From: a virus | Direction: 5' to 3' (one strand) | Virus record (IMG/VR): IMGVR_UViG_3300037245_001320 | Span: 64,001-128,000 of that record | Length of the DNA stretch: 64,000 nucleotides | Shown: positions 1 through 9,313 of the stretch, piece by piece | How the letters are laid out: each line of letters opens with the position of its first letter | How positions within the stretch are numbered: position 1 is the first letter of the stretch | Program-made: the position numbers and the translations under genes | The notes under the pieces: generated by a model | What the model saw: the letters and a program-made list of their open reading frames with translations, nothing else | The model's database searches: none | What the model was told of the DNA's origin: nothing

Positions 1-36
1 ATAGAATACTAAGAGAGATAAAGGAGAAATAAGAAT

Positions 37-1518
37 TTGCAAAAAGAAAAAATTAAATTATTCAGTACCTTCACAGGAATAGGTAGCCCAGAGATGGCTA
101 TGAGAAACATAGGATTGGATTTTGAGGTCGTAGGTATATCAGAAGTAGATAAGTGGGCTTTACAAGCTTACGACGCTATCCATTGTGAGAATGAACCAGA
201 ACCAGAATACCCAACAAAAGAAGAAATGAAAGAATACTTCCTAGAAAAGAATATAGCTTACAACTTCTCCACAGGTAAATCAGAGATGCCTAGAAATGAA
301 AGAGATCTACAGAGATTATATAAAGCACATAAGAGAAGTCGAAATTTTGGGGATATCAGATTGATAGATGAACACAATCTACCTGAGTTTAACTTCTTCA
401 CATATAGCTTTCCATGCAAAAATATATCAGTTGCAGGTACACAATCAGGTTTAGATGAAGGATCAGAGACCCAATCATCCTTACTATGGGAGTGTAAAAG
501 ACTAATAGAAGTAAACAAACCTAAATACCTCTTAATGGAGAATGTTAAGAATCTTGTAGGTAAGAAGTTCAAACCACTATTAGAGTTATGGATAGAGACT
601 TTAGATGAACTAGGATATAAATCATCTTATAAAGTATTGAATGGTAAAGATTTTGGAGTACCTCAGAATAGAGAAAGAGTTATGATGATTTCTATTTTAG
701 ATGATGGAGAAGAAGATTATATTTTTCCAGAAGGACAACCACTAGATATATGTCTACATGATGTGTTAGAGCCTAAAGTAGATGAAAAGTACTATATCAA
801 CCCTGAGAAGTACAAGCATATAACAGCACCTTTACCCTCACAAGAAATAAGCTATTGTATTGATGCTAATTATCATAAAGGTATTTCTGTAGATCAATAT
901 ATCTTGAAGAGAAGAAGACAATTAGTTCAGGTAGGTAATCTAGAGAATAAGATTCATTCTAATACCAGAGTTTATGCTGAGGAGGGATTAAGTCCAACTT
1001 TAAATAGTATGAATGGAGGCAACAGACAACCTAAGATCCTAGTAGACGGATGTGCTATAAGAGGTAGGACTCCTAAGGGAGAAGGCAAGGATACCCCTGT
1101 AGAGCAGAGATTAGAGATAAACAAACATGAGGGTGTTTCTAACAGTATAACCACTGTAGGGAAGGATAGTCTTGTTTGTGAGACATCTTATGGGGGAAGA
1201 ATCGTAGGTAGAAATCCAGATAATCCCAAAAGCAGAGTAAAAGGACTACCTACTGTACAGATGTTAGAGTTGAATAAAAACCCTGATATCTCTAATACTC
1301 TGTCTACCGTTCAAAAAGATTCTGTGGTAATGAATACTCATAGGAGAGTTAGAAAATTAACACCTCTAGAATGTTGGAGACTAATGGGCTACACAGATGA
1401 AGATTTTGAGAAGAGCAGGGACAAGGGGTTTTTAGCAAACACAAAGTTATACGAGAGAGCAGGAAGAGGAATTGTAGTTCCTATGCTTGAAGCATTACTT
1501 ACAAATCTATTTTATTAA
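37..1518 (+). CDS. DNA (cytosine-5) methyltransferase
   Basis: FxGxG (FTGIG), catalytic FPC, ENV, PQNRER and C-terminal RKLTPLECWRLMGY motifs. The variable region has two copies of a GR..EQ/MLE.NK...SN.(I/L).TV.KDS repeat. TTG start after an AAGGAG SD. Confidence 0.92.
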   Translation: MQKEKIKLFSTFTGIGSPEMAMRNIGLDFEVVGISEVDKWALQAYDAIHCENEPEPEYPTKEEMKEYFLEKNIAYNFSTGKSEMPRNERDLQRLYKAHKRSRNFGDIRLIDEHNLPEFNFFTYSFPCKNISVAGTQSGLDEGSETQSSLLWECKRLIEVNKPKYLLMENVKNLVGKKFKPLLELWIETLDELGYKSSYKVLNGKDFGVPQNRERVMMISILDDGEEDYIFPEGQPLDICLHDVLEPKVDEKYYINPEKYKHITAPLPSQEISYCIDANYHKGISVDQYILKRRRQLVQVGNLENKIHSNTRVYAEEGLSPTLNSMNGGNRQPKILVDGCAIRGRTPKGEGKDTPVEQRLEINKHEGVSNSITTVGKDSLVCETSYGGRIVGRNPDNPKSRVKGLPTVQMLELNKNPDISNTLSTVQKDSVVMNTHRRVRKLTPLECWRLMGYTDEDFEKSRDKGFLANTKLYERAGRGIVVPMLEALLTNLFY

Positions 1519-1529
1519 ATAACTAGAAT

Positions 1530-1555
1530 AAGGCATCCTTTTATGGTGTCTTTTC
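1530..1555 (+). terminator. Probable intrinsic terminator after the MTase
   Basis: AAGGCATC-cttttat-GGTGTCTT hairpin followed by a T run. Confidence 0.55.
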
Positions 1556-1577
1556 TGCATTAATTAAAAAACATCAG

Positions 1578-1601
1578 AAAAAATTCCCACTATGCTATAA
1601 T
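1578..1601 (+). promoter_or_regulatory. Phage-specific promoter motif, copy 1 (AAAAAATTCCCACTATGCTATAAT)
   Basis: 24-bp motif found 7 times in the window, ending in extended -10 TGnTATAAT. Confidence 0.85.
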
Positions 1602-1606
1602 AGAGT

Positions 1607-1782
1607 TAAGAGGAAACTGAACCATCCTCAAAAACTACTTGACATTCTGATAAAAGTAAATTAAAATTGGAGAATATATAAGAACTCCATTTAAATGAAA
1701 ACAGGAGAATAATAAAGATTTCAGAATGGTCTTTAAAATATTCGGTTCAGACCTGTGGAAACTTAGATGGAGTTCTTTTTAT
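1607..1782 (+). ncRNA. Structured leader RNA, CI/C4-like, upstream of HNH gene
   Basis: Long stem 1680-1694/1763-1777 followed by a T-tract. Apical loop TCAGAATG is complementary to 1643-1650 and bulge GGTTCAG is complementary to 1617-1623. The same fold occurs at 52273-52430. Confidence 0.7.
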
Positions 1783-1793
1783 ATAATAGGTAA

Positions 1794-2855
1794 ATGAGTA
1801 AAGAAAAAGAGAAAGATGTTGTTAGTGTTGGGATGAAGAAGTGTAGAACTTGTGGGAAAGAGAAGGAATCTACTTTAGAGAACTTTCACGCAGGAAGAGG
1901 AAGCAAAGGAGGATTTCTACTTGATTGTAAAGAATGCAAGCGAGCCAAGGAAAGAGGAGACAAATATTATTTAGAACACTTTGAAAGAGAGGAAGACACT
2001 ACTCCAGCAGGATATAAGAAATGTAGTGATTGTGGGAAAAATAAAGAACAAACTGCTGAGTTTTTCCACAGAGACAAAGGATTTAAATCAGGCTTTAAGG
2101 CAAGATGTAAAGATTGTGAAAATATTATTAGAAACAAGCCAAAAAGAAAAGCCAACGATAAAAAACAAGCACAGAACCGCAACGCTAGACCAGAAGTAAG
2201 AATTCAGAGAAAGGAACAGAGAAAGGAATATAAAGCTAGACCAGAAGTTACGAAACACACTAAAGAGTATAATAAAGAATATTTATCTAGACCAGAAGTT
2301 AAGAAACATACTAAAGAGTATCATAAAGAATGGTATAAAAAACCAGAAAATAAAGAACGTAAAAAACAACAAGATAGGATAAATTCCCAAAAGCCTGAAA
2401 ATAAAGCTAAAAGAGCTGAAAGACGCAGAGAAAGATACAAAAATGAACCCTTATTTAGAATAAGGGTTAATCTTAGCAGAAATTTTTCCAGTCAGCTAAA
2501 AACACTTGGAACAAAAAAGCCCTCTGGAACTATGACTTATACAGGATGTACAAATGAAGAACTCTTAAAACATTTAAACACAGGCGAGTACACAATGAAG
2601 GACTACATGACAAACACCCCTTTGGAGACCTTCTTCGATTTTGATCACATAATACCTTCTCAGTATTTCTTAGATAGAATTAAAACAGATGAAAACGATA
2701 AAATAACAAAAGAGACACTTCCTTGGTTGCATAATTGGTGGAGCTACAGAAACATGAGGATTTGGCCTCATATACCCAATATTATTAAAGGAAAGAATAT
2801 AGATCAGGAGCTAATAGCTAAACATGGTATAGAAGATCTGTTAACTATAGATTAA
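1794..2855 (+). CDS. HNH endonuclease with two N-terminal CxxC zinc-finger repeats
   Basis: Two KKC..CG..K....F.........CK.C repeats, a Lys/Arg-rich linker with RPEV repeats, and a C-terminal DHIIP...NMRIWP...N..K motif. Confidence 0.8.
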   Translation: MSKEKEKDVVSVGMKKCRTCGKEKESTLENFHAGRGSKGGFLLDCKECKRAKERGDKYYLEHFEREEDTTPAGYKKCSDCGKNKEQTAEFFHRDKGFKSGFKARCKDCENIIRNKPKRKANDKKQAQNRNARPEVRIQRKEQRKEYKARPEVTKHTKEYNKEYLSRPEVKKHTKEYHKEWYKKPENKERKKQQDRINSQKPENKAKRAERRRERYKNEPLFRIRVNLSRNFSSQLKTLGTKKPSGTMTYTGCTNEELLKHLNTGEYTMKDYMTNTPLETFFDFDHIIPSQYFLDRIKTDENDKITKETLPWLHNWWSYRNMRIWPHIPNIIKGKNIDQELIAKHGIEDLLTID

Positions 2856-2859
2856 CTAT

Positions 2860-2886
2860 TAAGACACTCATTAGAAGTGTCTTTTT
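2860..2886 (+). terminator. Intrinsic terminator after the HNH gene
   Basis: AAGACACT-cattaga-AGTGTCTT followed by a T run. Confidence 0.65.
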
Positions 2887-2921
2887 CATTTATAAACAAT
2901 ACAAAATACCACCAACCATCA

Positions 2922-2945
2922 AAAAAATTCCCACTATGCTATAAT
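2922..2945 (+). promoter_or_regulatory. Phage-specific promoter motif, copy 2 (upstream of portal)
   Basis: AAAAAATTCCCACTATGCTATAAT, 33 nt before the portal ATG. Confidence 0.85.
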
Positions 2946-2978
2946 AGAGATAGATTAATAAAAATTAAAGGACATAAG

Positions 2979-4568
2979 ATGGTTTCAAACACACATTCAG
3001 ATTACAATGAAAATAAATCTATTTGGAAAGCAAATAGAGCAGCATTCAAGGGACAGAAGTCTATTAAAGAAGGAACCACGCTATACCTTCCTCCAAAAGG
3101 ATTTCACGTAGAACAAGGTATGAAAAATACAACAGATCAAGGGTATATAGAGTATACAGCATTTTCTAACAGAGCGGTGTGGTTCGATGCGACACACAGA
3201 ACAGTTGAAGCGACCATGGGCCTTATTTTTAGGCGGCCAGCGTTTATCACAGGGGACGATCTAATTGAACCTTATGTTAAAGACTTTACAGTAGACAATA
3301 AAACACTTCAAACAGCTTCTGAGGAATTATGTAAAGAAGTAATATTACAAGGAAGAGCAGGCTTACTAGTGTCCTACCCAGAAGTAGATACAACAGGCAT
3401 GTCAAAACAAGAAGTAGAAGATAGAAATATACATGCCTATTCAGCAATATATAAAACAGAAGACATAATTAATTGGAAGTTACGGAAGGTGGCAGGAAGG
3501 TTAATACCCACCCTAGTAGTTTTAAAGGAAAGAGTAGACGCTCCATCTAACACAACATTTGACACACAAAAAGTAGATCAATATAGAGTCCTACAACTAG
3601 ATGAAGAAGGATATTACAAGCAAACATTATATTATTTAGAGAACTACAATATTAGTGAGCAAGACCCGTTTGCAAAAGCCTTCCCAGCAGGAGAGTACTA
3701 TCCGTTGATGAATGGGAAGAAGATGATAGAAATTCCTTTTATACCTATAGGAGTGTCAGGAGTAACTTGGGATATAGAACGTTCTCCTGTCTCAGGAATA
3801 GTGGATTTAAACATAGCTCATTATCGTAACAGTGCTGAGCTTGAGGCTGCTATAGCAATGACTAGTTCACCGACTTTAGTCATAAGTGGATTTGAAGTTA
3901 AAGATGGATCCAAGATCGTTTTGGGGGGTTCAAATGCCTTAATTTTACATGACACAGCAGGATCAGCATCCTTCTTAGAATATACTGGAGCAGGAATATC
4001 TTCTATTGCAGATGCTATGCAAGAGAAGAAAAAAGAGATGGCTGTGTTAGGATTAAGAATTTTATCTTCCGAACAAGCCTCAAATGAAGGATCAGAAACA
4101 GCAACAATTCATAGTAAAGGGGAAGAGAGTGTTCTTGAAAATATAGCAAACAGTGTTTCGGAAGCGTTAACACGGGCTCTAAAATTGATGGTCGAATGGG
4201 ATAACCCTGATGCAGATACAGAAGAAATAAGAGTAAAGCTAAATACGGACTTTATACCCAACGCTATTTCAGCCAACACCATCAATGCACTTACAGTCCT
4301 ATTAAAATCTTTTGGTATCTCTGACAGGGAAATGTTTGAGGTTCTAAAAAGAGGAGAAATACTTCCTGCTGAGATGACATTTGAAGAACACCAGAAACAA
4401 ATAAAAGAGTCTATGGCTTTCTCTATGTTTTCAGATCTAGGGGAAGACTCAACAACAGATTTTAATGCTCCAGTAGATTTTAGAAGATTAACAAAACCAG
4501 AAGATCCAGGAAATCCTCAAGCAGAAAAAAGACCTGATGTAGACCCAGGTGGATCACAAAATAGATAA
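2979..4568 (+). CDS. Portal protein (DUF4055-like)
   Basis: YLP, GR.GLLV.YP, IINW, IPF and LNIAHYRNSA motifs. First gene of the head module. Start moved from the ORF-track 2877 to ATG 2979, which has an AAGGA SD and lies downstream of the promoter. Confidence 0.9.
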   Translation: MVSNTHSDYNENKSIWKANRAAFKGQKSIKEGTTLYLPPKGFHVEQGMKNTTDQGYIEYTAFSNRAVWFDATHRTVEATMGLIFRRPAFITGDDLIEPYVKDFTVDNKTLQTASEELCKEVILQGRAGLLVSYPEVDTTGMSKQEVEDRNIHAYSAIYKTEDIINWKLRKVAGRLIPTLVVLKERVDAPSNTTFDTQKVDQYRVLQLDEEGYYKQTLYYLENYNISEQDPFAKAFPAGEYYPLMNGKKMIEIPFIPIGVSGVTWDIERSPVSGIVDLNIAHYRNSAELEAAIAMTSSPTLVISGFEVKDGSKIVLGGSNALILHDTAGSASFLEYTGAGISSIADAMQEKKKEMAVLGLRILSSEQASNEGSETATIHSKGEESVLENIANSVSEALTRALKLMVEWDNPDADTEEIRVKLNTDFIPNAISANTINALTVLLKSFGISDREMFEVLKRGEILPAEMTFEEHQKQIKESMAFSMFSDLGEDSTTDFNAPVDFRRLTKPEDPGNPQAEKRPDVDPGGSQNR

Positions 4569-4589
4569 AAAAAGTAAAAGGAACATCAT

Positions 4590-5657
4590 ATGTCTAAACA
4601 AACCCTACAAGAAGAAACTTCAGACACACTCACAGCACACCAAATAGAAGTAAACAAGTTCGGTCAGTCACAGAGAAAGAAAATAATGGATGATATATCC
4701 CTACTACTAATAGATATAAAGACAACGCTCTTAAACGGCTCTGAGGAGGTTACTTTAGGAGAGTTGCGGGATATGATCAGAACAGCCAATCGGATGTTTA
4801 AGGAAGGCTTCAGAGAGATTAGAAACAGTGTTGAAGAAGGAGCCTTTGAACTCTTACAGGTAGAACTTACTGGGCAGACAAAATTACTCCAAGAATTGAT
4901 AGATGATTATGAAGTGCAGTACACAGTTAGAGAACCTTCACATGTATTAGCAACCAGAGCTTTAAAAGATCTCCCTATAGAAGATTTAACATTTGCAACA
5001 TGGTTTGACATATGGGAGAAAAAAACTAATGGTAGAATGAAATCAGGATTGTTCTCAGAACACTCAGATGATAAATCCAGAACAGATTTAGTACAAGATG
5101 TGTTTGGTAGAGGTAAGGATCCATTTGTATTTCAAACATTTTTAGGATCACATAGAGATATGAACGGATTACTAATTTCTATTGTTGATGGAACTAATTC
5201 AATAAGTACCAGTTCTATCGCAGATTCCAATTCAGGTATTATTGAAGCAGTTATCTGGAATAGCTGCTTATGCAGCACAACTTGCGCTCGCTGCGCTTCA
5301 CTTCACGGAGCAATTCGATGGATAAATGGAGTAGATGAAACAGACGGAAATGAAATTCCATTGCATCCCAATTGTTTGTGCTTTTGGACATATAAGTACA
5401 AAAACGTAAAATCGATGGATGCGAAAGTACCCAAAACAGCACGTTCAGCAATAAACTCCAACGAAGTGCCAAAAAAATTCCCACTATGGTATAATGGAGT
5501 TAGTCAGAAGAGACGAATAGAATTATTTGGGAGGACAAAAGTGAAAATGATAGATTCAGGAGAAATAAAAGTTTCACAATTACTCACAAAAAAGAATCGA
5601 AGAGTGTACACTCTCGATGAACTTAAACAAAAGGGTTATAAAATACCCACAAAATAA
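4590..5657 (+). CDS. Minor head protein (SPP1 gp7 / Mu gpF-like)
   Basis: TC..C..L.G and PLHPNC motifs; follows the portal. Confidence 0.85.
   Translation: MSKQTLQEETSDTLTAHQIEVNKFGQSQRKKIMDDISLLLIDIKTTLLNGSEEVTLGELRDMIRTANRMFKEGFREIRNSVEEGAFELLQVELTGQTKLLQELIDDYEVQYTVREPSHVLATRALKDLPIEDLTFATWFDIWEKKTNGRMKSGLFSEHSDDKSRTDLVQDVFGRGKDPFVFQTFLGSHRDMNGLLISIVDGTNSISTSSIADSNSGIIEAVIWNSCLCSTTCARCASLHGAIRWINGVDETDGNEIPLHPNCLCFWTYKYKNVKSMDAKVPKTARSAINSNEVPKKFPLWYNGVSQKRRIELFGRTKVKMIDSGEIKVSQLLTKKNRRVYTLDELKQKGYKIPTK
5472..5495 (+). promoter_or_regulatory. Phage-specific promoter motif, copy 3, inside the minor head CDS
   Basis: AAAAAATTCCCACTATGGTATAAT, encoding KKFPLWYN, about 200 nt upstream of scaffold and MCP. 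Confidence 0.8.
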
Positions 5658-5701
5658 AAAGAACACAGGGTGTTCGAGAAACAAAAGGGAGAACCATAGG
5701 A

Positions 5702-6490
5702 ATGGGATTCAAAGAAGATTTAGAAAAAGCAGTAGAAAAGATTGAGGACGAAGCAGTAAGAGCAGGAATCATCAATGAAGTAGAGCAAGCACACACAACG
5801 GATGTAGCAGGGTTAAAAGAAAATAGAGACCAGCTTATTAATGAGAAAAAAGAAGTCGTATCAAAGTTTGAGACTTTGGAAACAACTCTAGCATCACTAG
5901 AGGGAGATTCAAAAGTAGAATTAGAAAGACTTGAAAAAATAAATGCAGAACTTTTAGCTAATCCAGGGGATGAAGAGAAGATAAAGCAACTAGAAGTAAG
6001 ATCAGCAGAAAAACTAAGGATCAATGACCTAGAGCATAAAGGGGCTATTGATTTAATACAAAAAGATTTACTTGAAAGGGAAGGAAGAATAAATTCTCTC
6101 GATCAAGAAATAGTTAATGGATTGCGACAAGCAGGGCTTAGTGCTTCCTTAGATAAGGCAAACGTTAAAGTAGAAGATAAACCTTTACTTATGCGAGCTT
6201 TATTGAATGACGTTTATGTAGAAACAATAGGAGTAGAGAGAAAAGTTAAGTTCAAACATGGAGCTTTAAACACACCTTACCCTATTGAGGATGGAATTAA
6301 GACTTGGGCAGGAGATCCTTTAAATAAGAGATATATTGCAGCAATCAACAACAGGGGTGCAGGAGCAGGCGGTTCACAAGGTAATAGCTCAATAGTAAGT
6401 AAGCCTTACAAAGAGATGAGTTATGAAGAAAAAGTGGCACTGAAACAAGCTGACCCAGAACTATTTGCACAAGTAAAAGCTAATGCATAA
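5702..6490 (+). CDS. Capsid scaffolding protein
   Basis: Coiled coil with GLK.N...L..EKK, a GAGAGG linker and a C-terminal M...EK..L...DP helix; precedes MCP. Confidence 0.8.
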   Translation: MGFKEDLEKAVEKIEDEAVRAGIINEVEQAHTTDVAGLKENRDQLINEKKEVVSKFETLETTLASLEGDSKVELERLEKINAELLANPGDEEKIKQLEVRSAEKLRINDLEHKGAIDLIQKDLLEREGRINSLDQEIVNGLRQAGLSASLDKANVKVEDKPLLMRALLNDVYVETIGVERKVKFKHGALNTPYPIEDGIKTWAGDPLNKRYIAAINNRGAGAGGSQGNSSIVSKPYKEMSYEEKVALKQADPELFAQVKANA

Positions 6491-6523
6491 GAGATGCAGG
6501 CTTTATAAAACAGGAGATAATAA

Positions 6524-7528
6524 ATGGCAGTAACAAAAATCGCAGACGTAGTAGTACCAGACATATTCGCAGAGTACTTAATGGAACCAATTCTAATTAA
6601 GAATGCACTATTTGATTCAGGTATCGTAATGTTTGATGCTTTACTAGCATCTAAGTTAGACAGAGGTGGAGATGATTTTAAATTTCCATACTGGGGAGCA
6701 ATGGATTCAGATGTATTAACAGTACCTACTGAAGATGGAACAGGAATAGTTAACAAGATTACATCCAAAACTCTAACAGTCGCTAGACAGTTCCGAGAGT
6801 ACAACGCAGCAGCAACAGCTATGGCATCTATCCTAGCTGGTTCTAATGCAATGAGTGCAATCAAAGAGAGAGTTGTACAAGTTTGGAAGACAGGTATTCA
6901 AGCAACTACTGTAGCAACCTTAACAGGTATTTTAAATACAGCAGGTGGAGCATTAGTAGTTAACGATGCAGCTAATGTCTCTGGTGTAGATCCAACAGTT
7001 GCAAATAACATTTCACCTGAAGCTATTATAGATGCAGAAGCATTACTTGGAGATCAAGGTGGAGCTTTTAATGCTATGTTAATTCATAGTAAAGTATTAG
7101 CTGAGTTAAAGAAATTAAACTTAATTGATTTTGAACCTGTAGCAGACCAAGCGCAAGATATTATGTTTTACCAAGGCATGAGAGTAATCGTAGATGATGC
7201 ACTATACAACTTTGATAGACCTCAGGTTGCAGGAAATGCAACTGTGTATACTACTTTCTTACTAAAAGGTGCAGCATTTAAATATGGTGATTCTGAGAAT
7301 GGATTTGATCCAGTTTTTGTTGATAATGATAGAACAGTAGGTCTGGGTGTAGAAACTTTATACACAGCTAAAATGTTCGCATTAGCTCCAATGGGTTTTG
7401 ACTTTATAGGAACACCAGCAGGAGATGCAGGACCAACAGATGTTGAACTAGCAGTAGATACAAACTGGGAACTAAAATTCAATTCCAACACAATGGGATT
7501 TGTAGCATTATACACTAACGCAGTGTAA
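6524..7528 (+). CDS. Major capsid protein
   Basis: MAVTKIADVVVPDIF N-terminus, PYW, MLIHSKV and GMRVIVDD motifs of coat proteins; strong SD; position in head module. Confidence 0.92.
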   Translation: MAVTKIADVVVPDIFAEYLMEPILIKNALFDSGIVMFDALLASKLDRGGDDFKFPYWGAMDSDVLTVPTEDGTGIVNKITSKTLTVARQFREYNAAATAMASILAGSNAMSAIKERVVQVWKTGIQATTVATLTGILNTAGGALVVNDAANVSGVDPTVANNISPEAIIDAEALLGDQGGAFNAMLIHSKVLAELKKLNLIDFEPVADQAQDIMFYQGMRVIVDDALYNFDRPQVAGNATVYTTFLLKGAAFKYGDSENGFDPVFVDNDRTVGLGVETLYTAKMFALAPMGFDFIGTPAGDAGPTDVELAVDTNWELKFNSNTMGFVALYTNAV

Positions 7529-7534
7529 TTAAAC

Positions 7535-7565
7535 AGGAGAGAGCTTTAATTAGTTCTCTCCTTAA
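7535..7565 (+). terminator. Hairpin/terminator after MCP
   Basis: AGGAGAGAGCT-ttaatt-AGTTCTCTCCT inverted repeat. Confidence 0.6.
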
Positions 7566-7583
7566 TTTATAGGAGATTTAAAA

Positions 7584-7886
7584 ATGGCACGAGGCGACGG
7601 TACAGGCGGTGGAGCATATTCATTAAAGAAAGTAGAAGTAAAACTTTTAATTATGATACAAAAGCAAGATTCAAGAATTAAGCAACTTGAGACACAAATG
7701 GAAACATTACTAAAAGAAACAAAAGGTTCTACAGAGAACGAGATTTTAAAAGTTAAAAAATTAGATGAATTTTCAAAAGCAGATTTAAAAAAATTGTCAG
7801 ATGAATATGGAATCAATGATACAGACTTTAAAAATAAAGCTGATTATGTAAAAGCATTAAAAGCAAAAGATAAAACATTAGTATAA
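7584..7886 (+). CDS. Small head-associated protein with C-terminal HeH/Rho-N-like domain
   Basis: SKADLKKL...YGI......KADYVKAL pattern; position after MCP. Confidence 0.5.
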   Translation: MARGDGTGGGAYSLKKVEVKLLIMIQKQDSRIKQLETQMETLLKETKGSTENEILKVKKLDEFSKADLKKLSDEYGINDTDFKNKADYVKALKAKDKTLV

Positions 7887-7897
7887 GGAAGTAACCA

Positions 7898-8416
7898 ATG
7901 GCATTTATAGTTGAAGATGGAACAGGATTATCCAATGCGAACTCATATGTAGCAGTACAAGAATACAGAGACTACTACACTGACAGGGGAATAGATAAAG
8001 CATCAGAGACTGATGACCAGATACAAGGTTACTTAGTACAAGGAACAGAGTTTATCGATTTAACTTATTGCTTCTGTGGTGAGAAGTTAGTCGGTACTCA
8101 AGCCTTACAATTTCCTAGATTAATAGATGATGTAGATGTAGGTGTTCCAACACAGGTAAAATACGCTACAATCATTATGGGAAATAATGTTTCTAGTTTA
8201 TCTACAGGTGGAAGTCTTTATATAGACTCTAATCAGAATATATCAAGAAACAAAGAGAAAGTAGGGCCTATCGAAACTGATGTAACATATACAACAGGAG
8301 GAGATAGAAAGAATACAACCGTTCAATCATGGTATCCTGAAGTAACAAGATATTTAGACACATACACATGTGATGATGGATTAGGAGCAAATCAACGGAG
8401 GGTTCTTAGCGGATGA
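7898..8416 (+). CDS. Head-tail adaptor (DnaT-like family)
   Basis: MAFIVEDGTG..NANSY, QALQFPR and EKVGPIE motifs. Confidence 0.85.
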   Translation: MAFIVEDGTGLSNANSYVAVQEYRDYYTDRGIDKASETDDQIQGYLVQGTEFIDLTYCFCGEKLVGTQALQFPRLIDDVDVGVPTQVKYATIIMGNNVSSLSTGGSLYIDSNQNISRNKEKVGPIETDVTYTTGGDRKNTTVQSWYPEVTRYLDTYTCDDGLGANQRRVLSG

Positions 8417-8772
8417 CAAAAGAAGCTCAAGAAGCAGTAGCTATAAAAGCTGTAGCATTGATTGAAGAGTCAGGCTTCCCAATAACATTAACACATGAAG
8501 TTGGAGCAAGCTACGATCCAGATACAGGACCTGTAGTAGGAATAACAGAATTATCCCAAGGGTTTGCAATAGAAACTGAATGGGAAGTTGACTCAGTACC
8601 CACATCAATAGCAACAAGCGTTAAGAAAGTAATTTTAGCTGTTCAGATAAATGAACCTATAGTTAACAAAGATACTTTAACATTTAAAAATGAAACCTAT
8701 AAAGTATTAGGTAGTGAACCTTTAGAAACAGGAGAAGTAAGATTCTTCTATACATTATTTTTAGGAGAGTAA
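8413..8772 (+). CDS. Head closure protein
   Basis: YDP.TG motif, size and synteny. Confidence 0.65.
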   Translation: MTKEAQEAVAIKAVALIEESGFPITLTHEVGASYDPDTGPVVGITELSQGFAIETEWEVDSVPTSIATSVKKVILAVQINEPIVNKDTLTFKNETYKVLGSEPLETGEVRFFYTLFLGE

Positions 8773-8773
8773 T

Positions 8774-9313
8774 ATGGCTAATGTTTCAGAATCAGATACT
8801 CCCGAGAAGTTTTTACAAGATATAGAGAACTTTGAAAATTTCACATATAAAACAGTCAACTTTACCATAAAGGCAATATCTTCTCAGTTATTTGAGAATG
8901 TAATAAGAGATACACCTGTTAGATCGGGAAGAGCAAAGAATAACTGGGTGTTTTCATCAGGAACCACAGCAACATATAAAGATGTAGGACCAAAAAAATT
9001 AACTAAAAAACAAAGAGCATCAGGTAGTAGCCCTTTTGATAAATCAGGTGAAGGTGCAATAAAGGCAATGGAGAATGGCTTAAGAAGAGCTCCATCCATG
9101 ATTAAAAAGAAAGAATTTGTACTAGAGTATTATTTAACAAACCAAGTACCATACATAAATAGACTGGAATATGGGAGACCGCCATACAATGCAGGACCTA
9201 ATGTAACAAATGGGAGAAGTTCACAAGCACCAGGAGGAATGGCTAGAAAGAATGTACAAAAGTTCTCAAAGTACACATTAACACAAATAAGTAAAGTGAG
9301 AGGAAAGATATAA
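8774..9313 (+). CDS. Tail completion / neck protein (HK97 gp10-like)
   Basis: TPV.SGRA..NW, N.VPYI.RLEYG and S.QAP.GM motifs. Confidence 0.85.
   Translation: MANVSESDTPEKFLQDIENFENFTYKTVNFTIKAISSQLFENVIRDTPVRSGRAKNNWVFSSGTTATYKDVGPKKLTKKQRASGSSPFDKSGEGAIKAMENGLRRAPSMIKKKEFVLEYYLTNQVPYINRLEYGRPPYNAGPNVTNGRSSQAPGGMARKNVQKFSKYTLTQISKVRGKI

Noticed and set aside
1607-2855. IscB/HEARO (OMEGA) RNA-guided nuclease
   Set aside because: The proteins lack PLMP and split RuvC motifs, the leaders are short, and the two cargo nucleases belong to different families. An antisense attenuator fits better.
2877-2978. ORF-track N-terminal extension of the portal
   Set aside because: It runs through a terminator and promoter copy 2. 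ATG 2979 has the SD.
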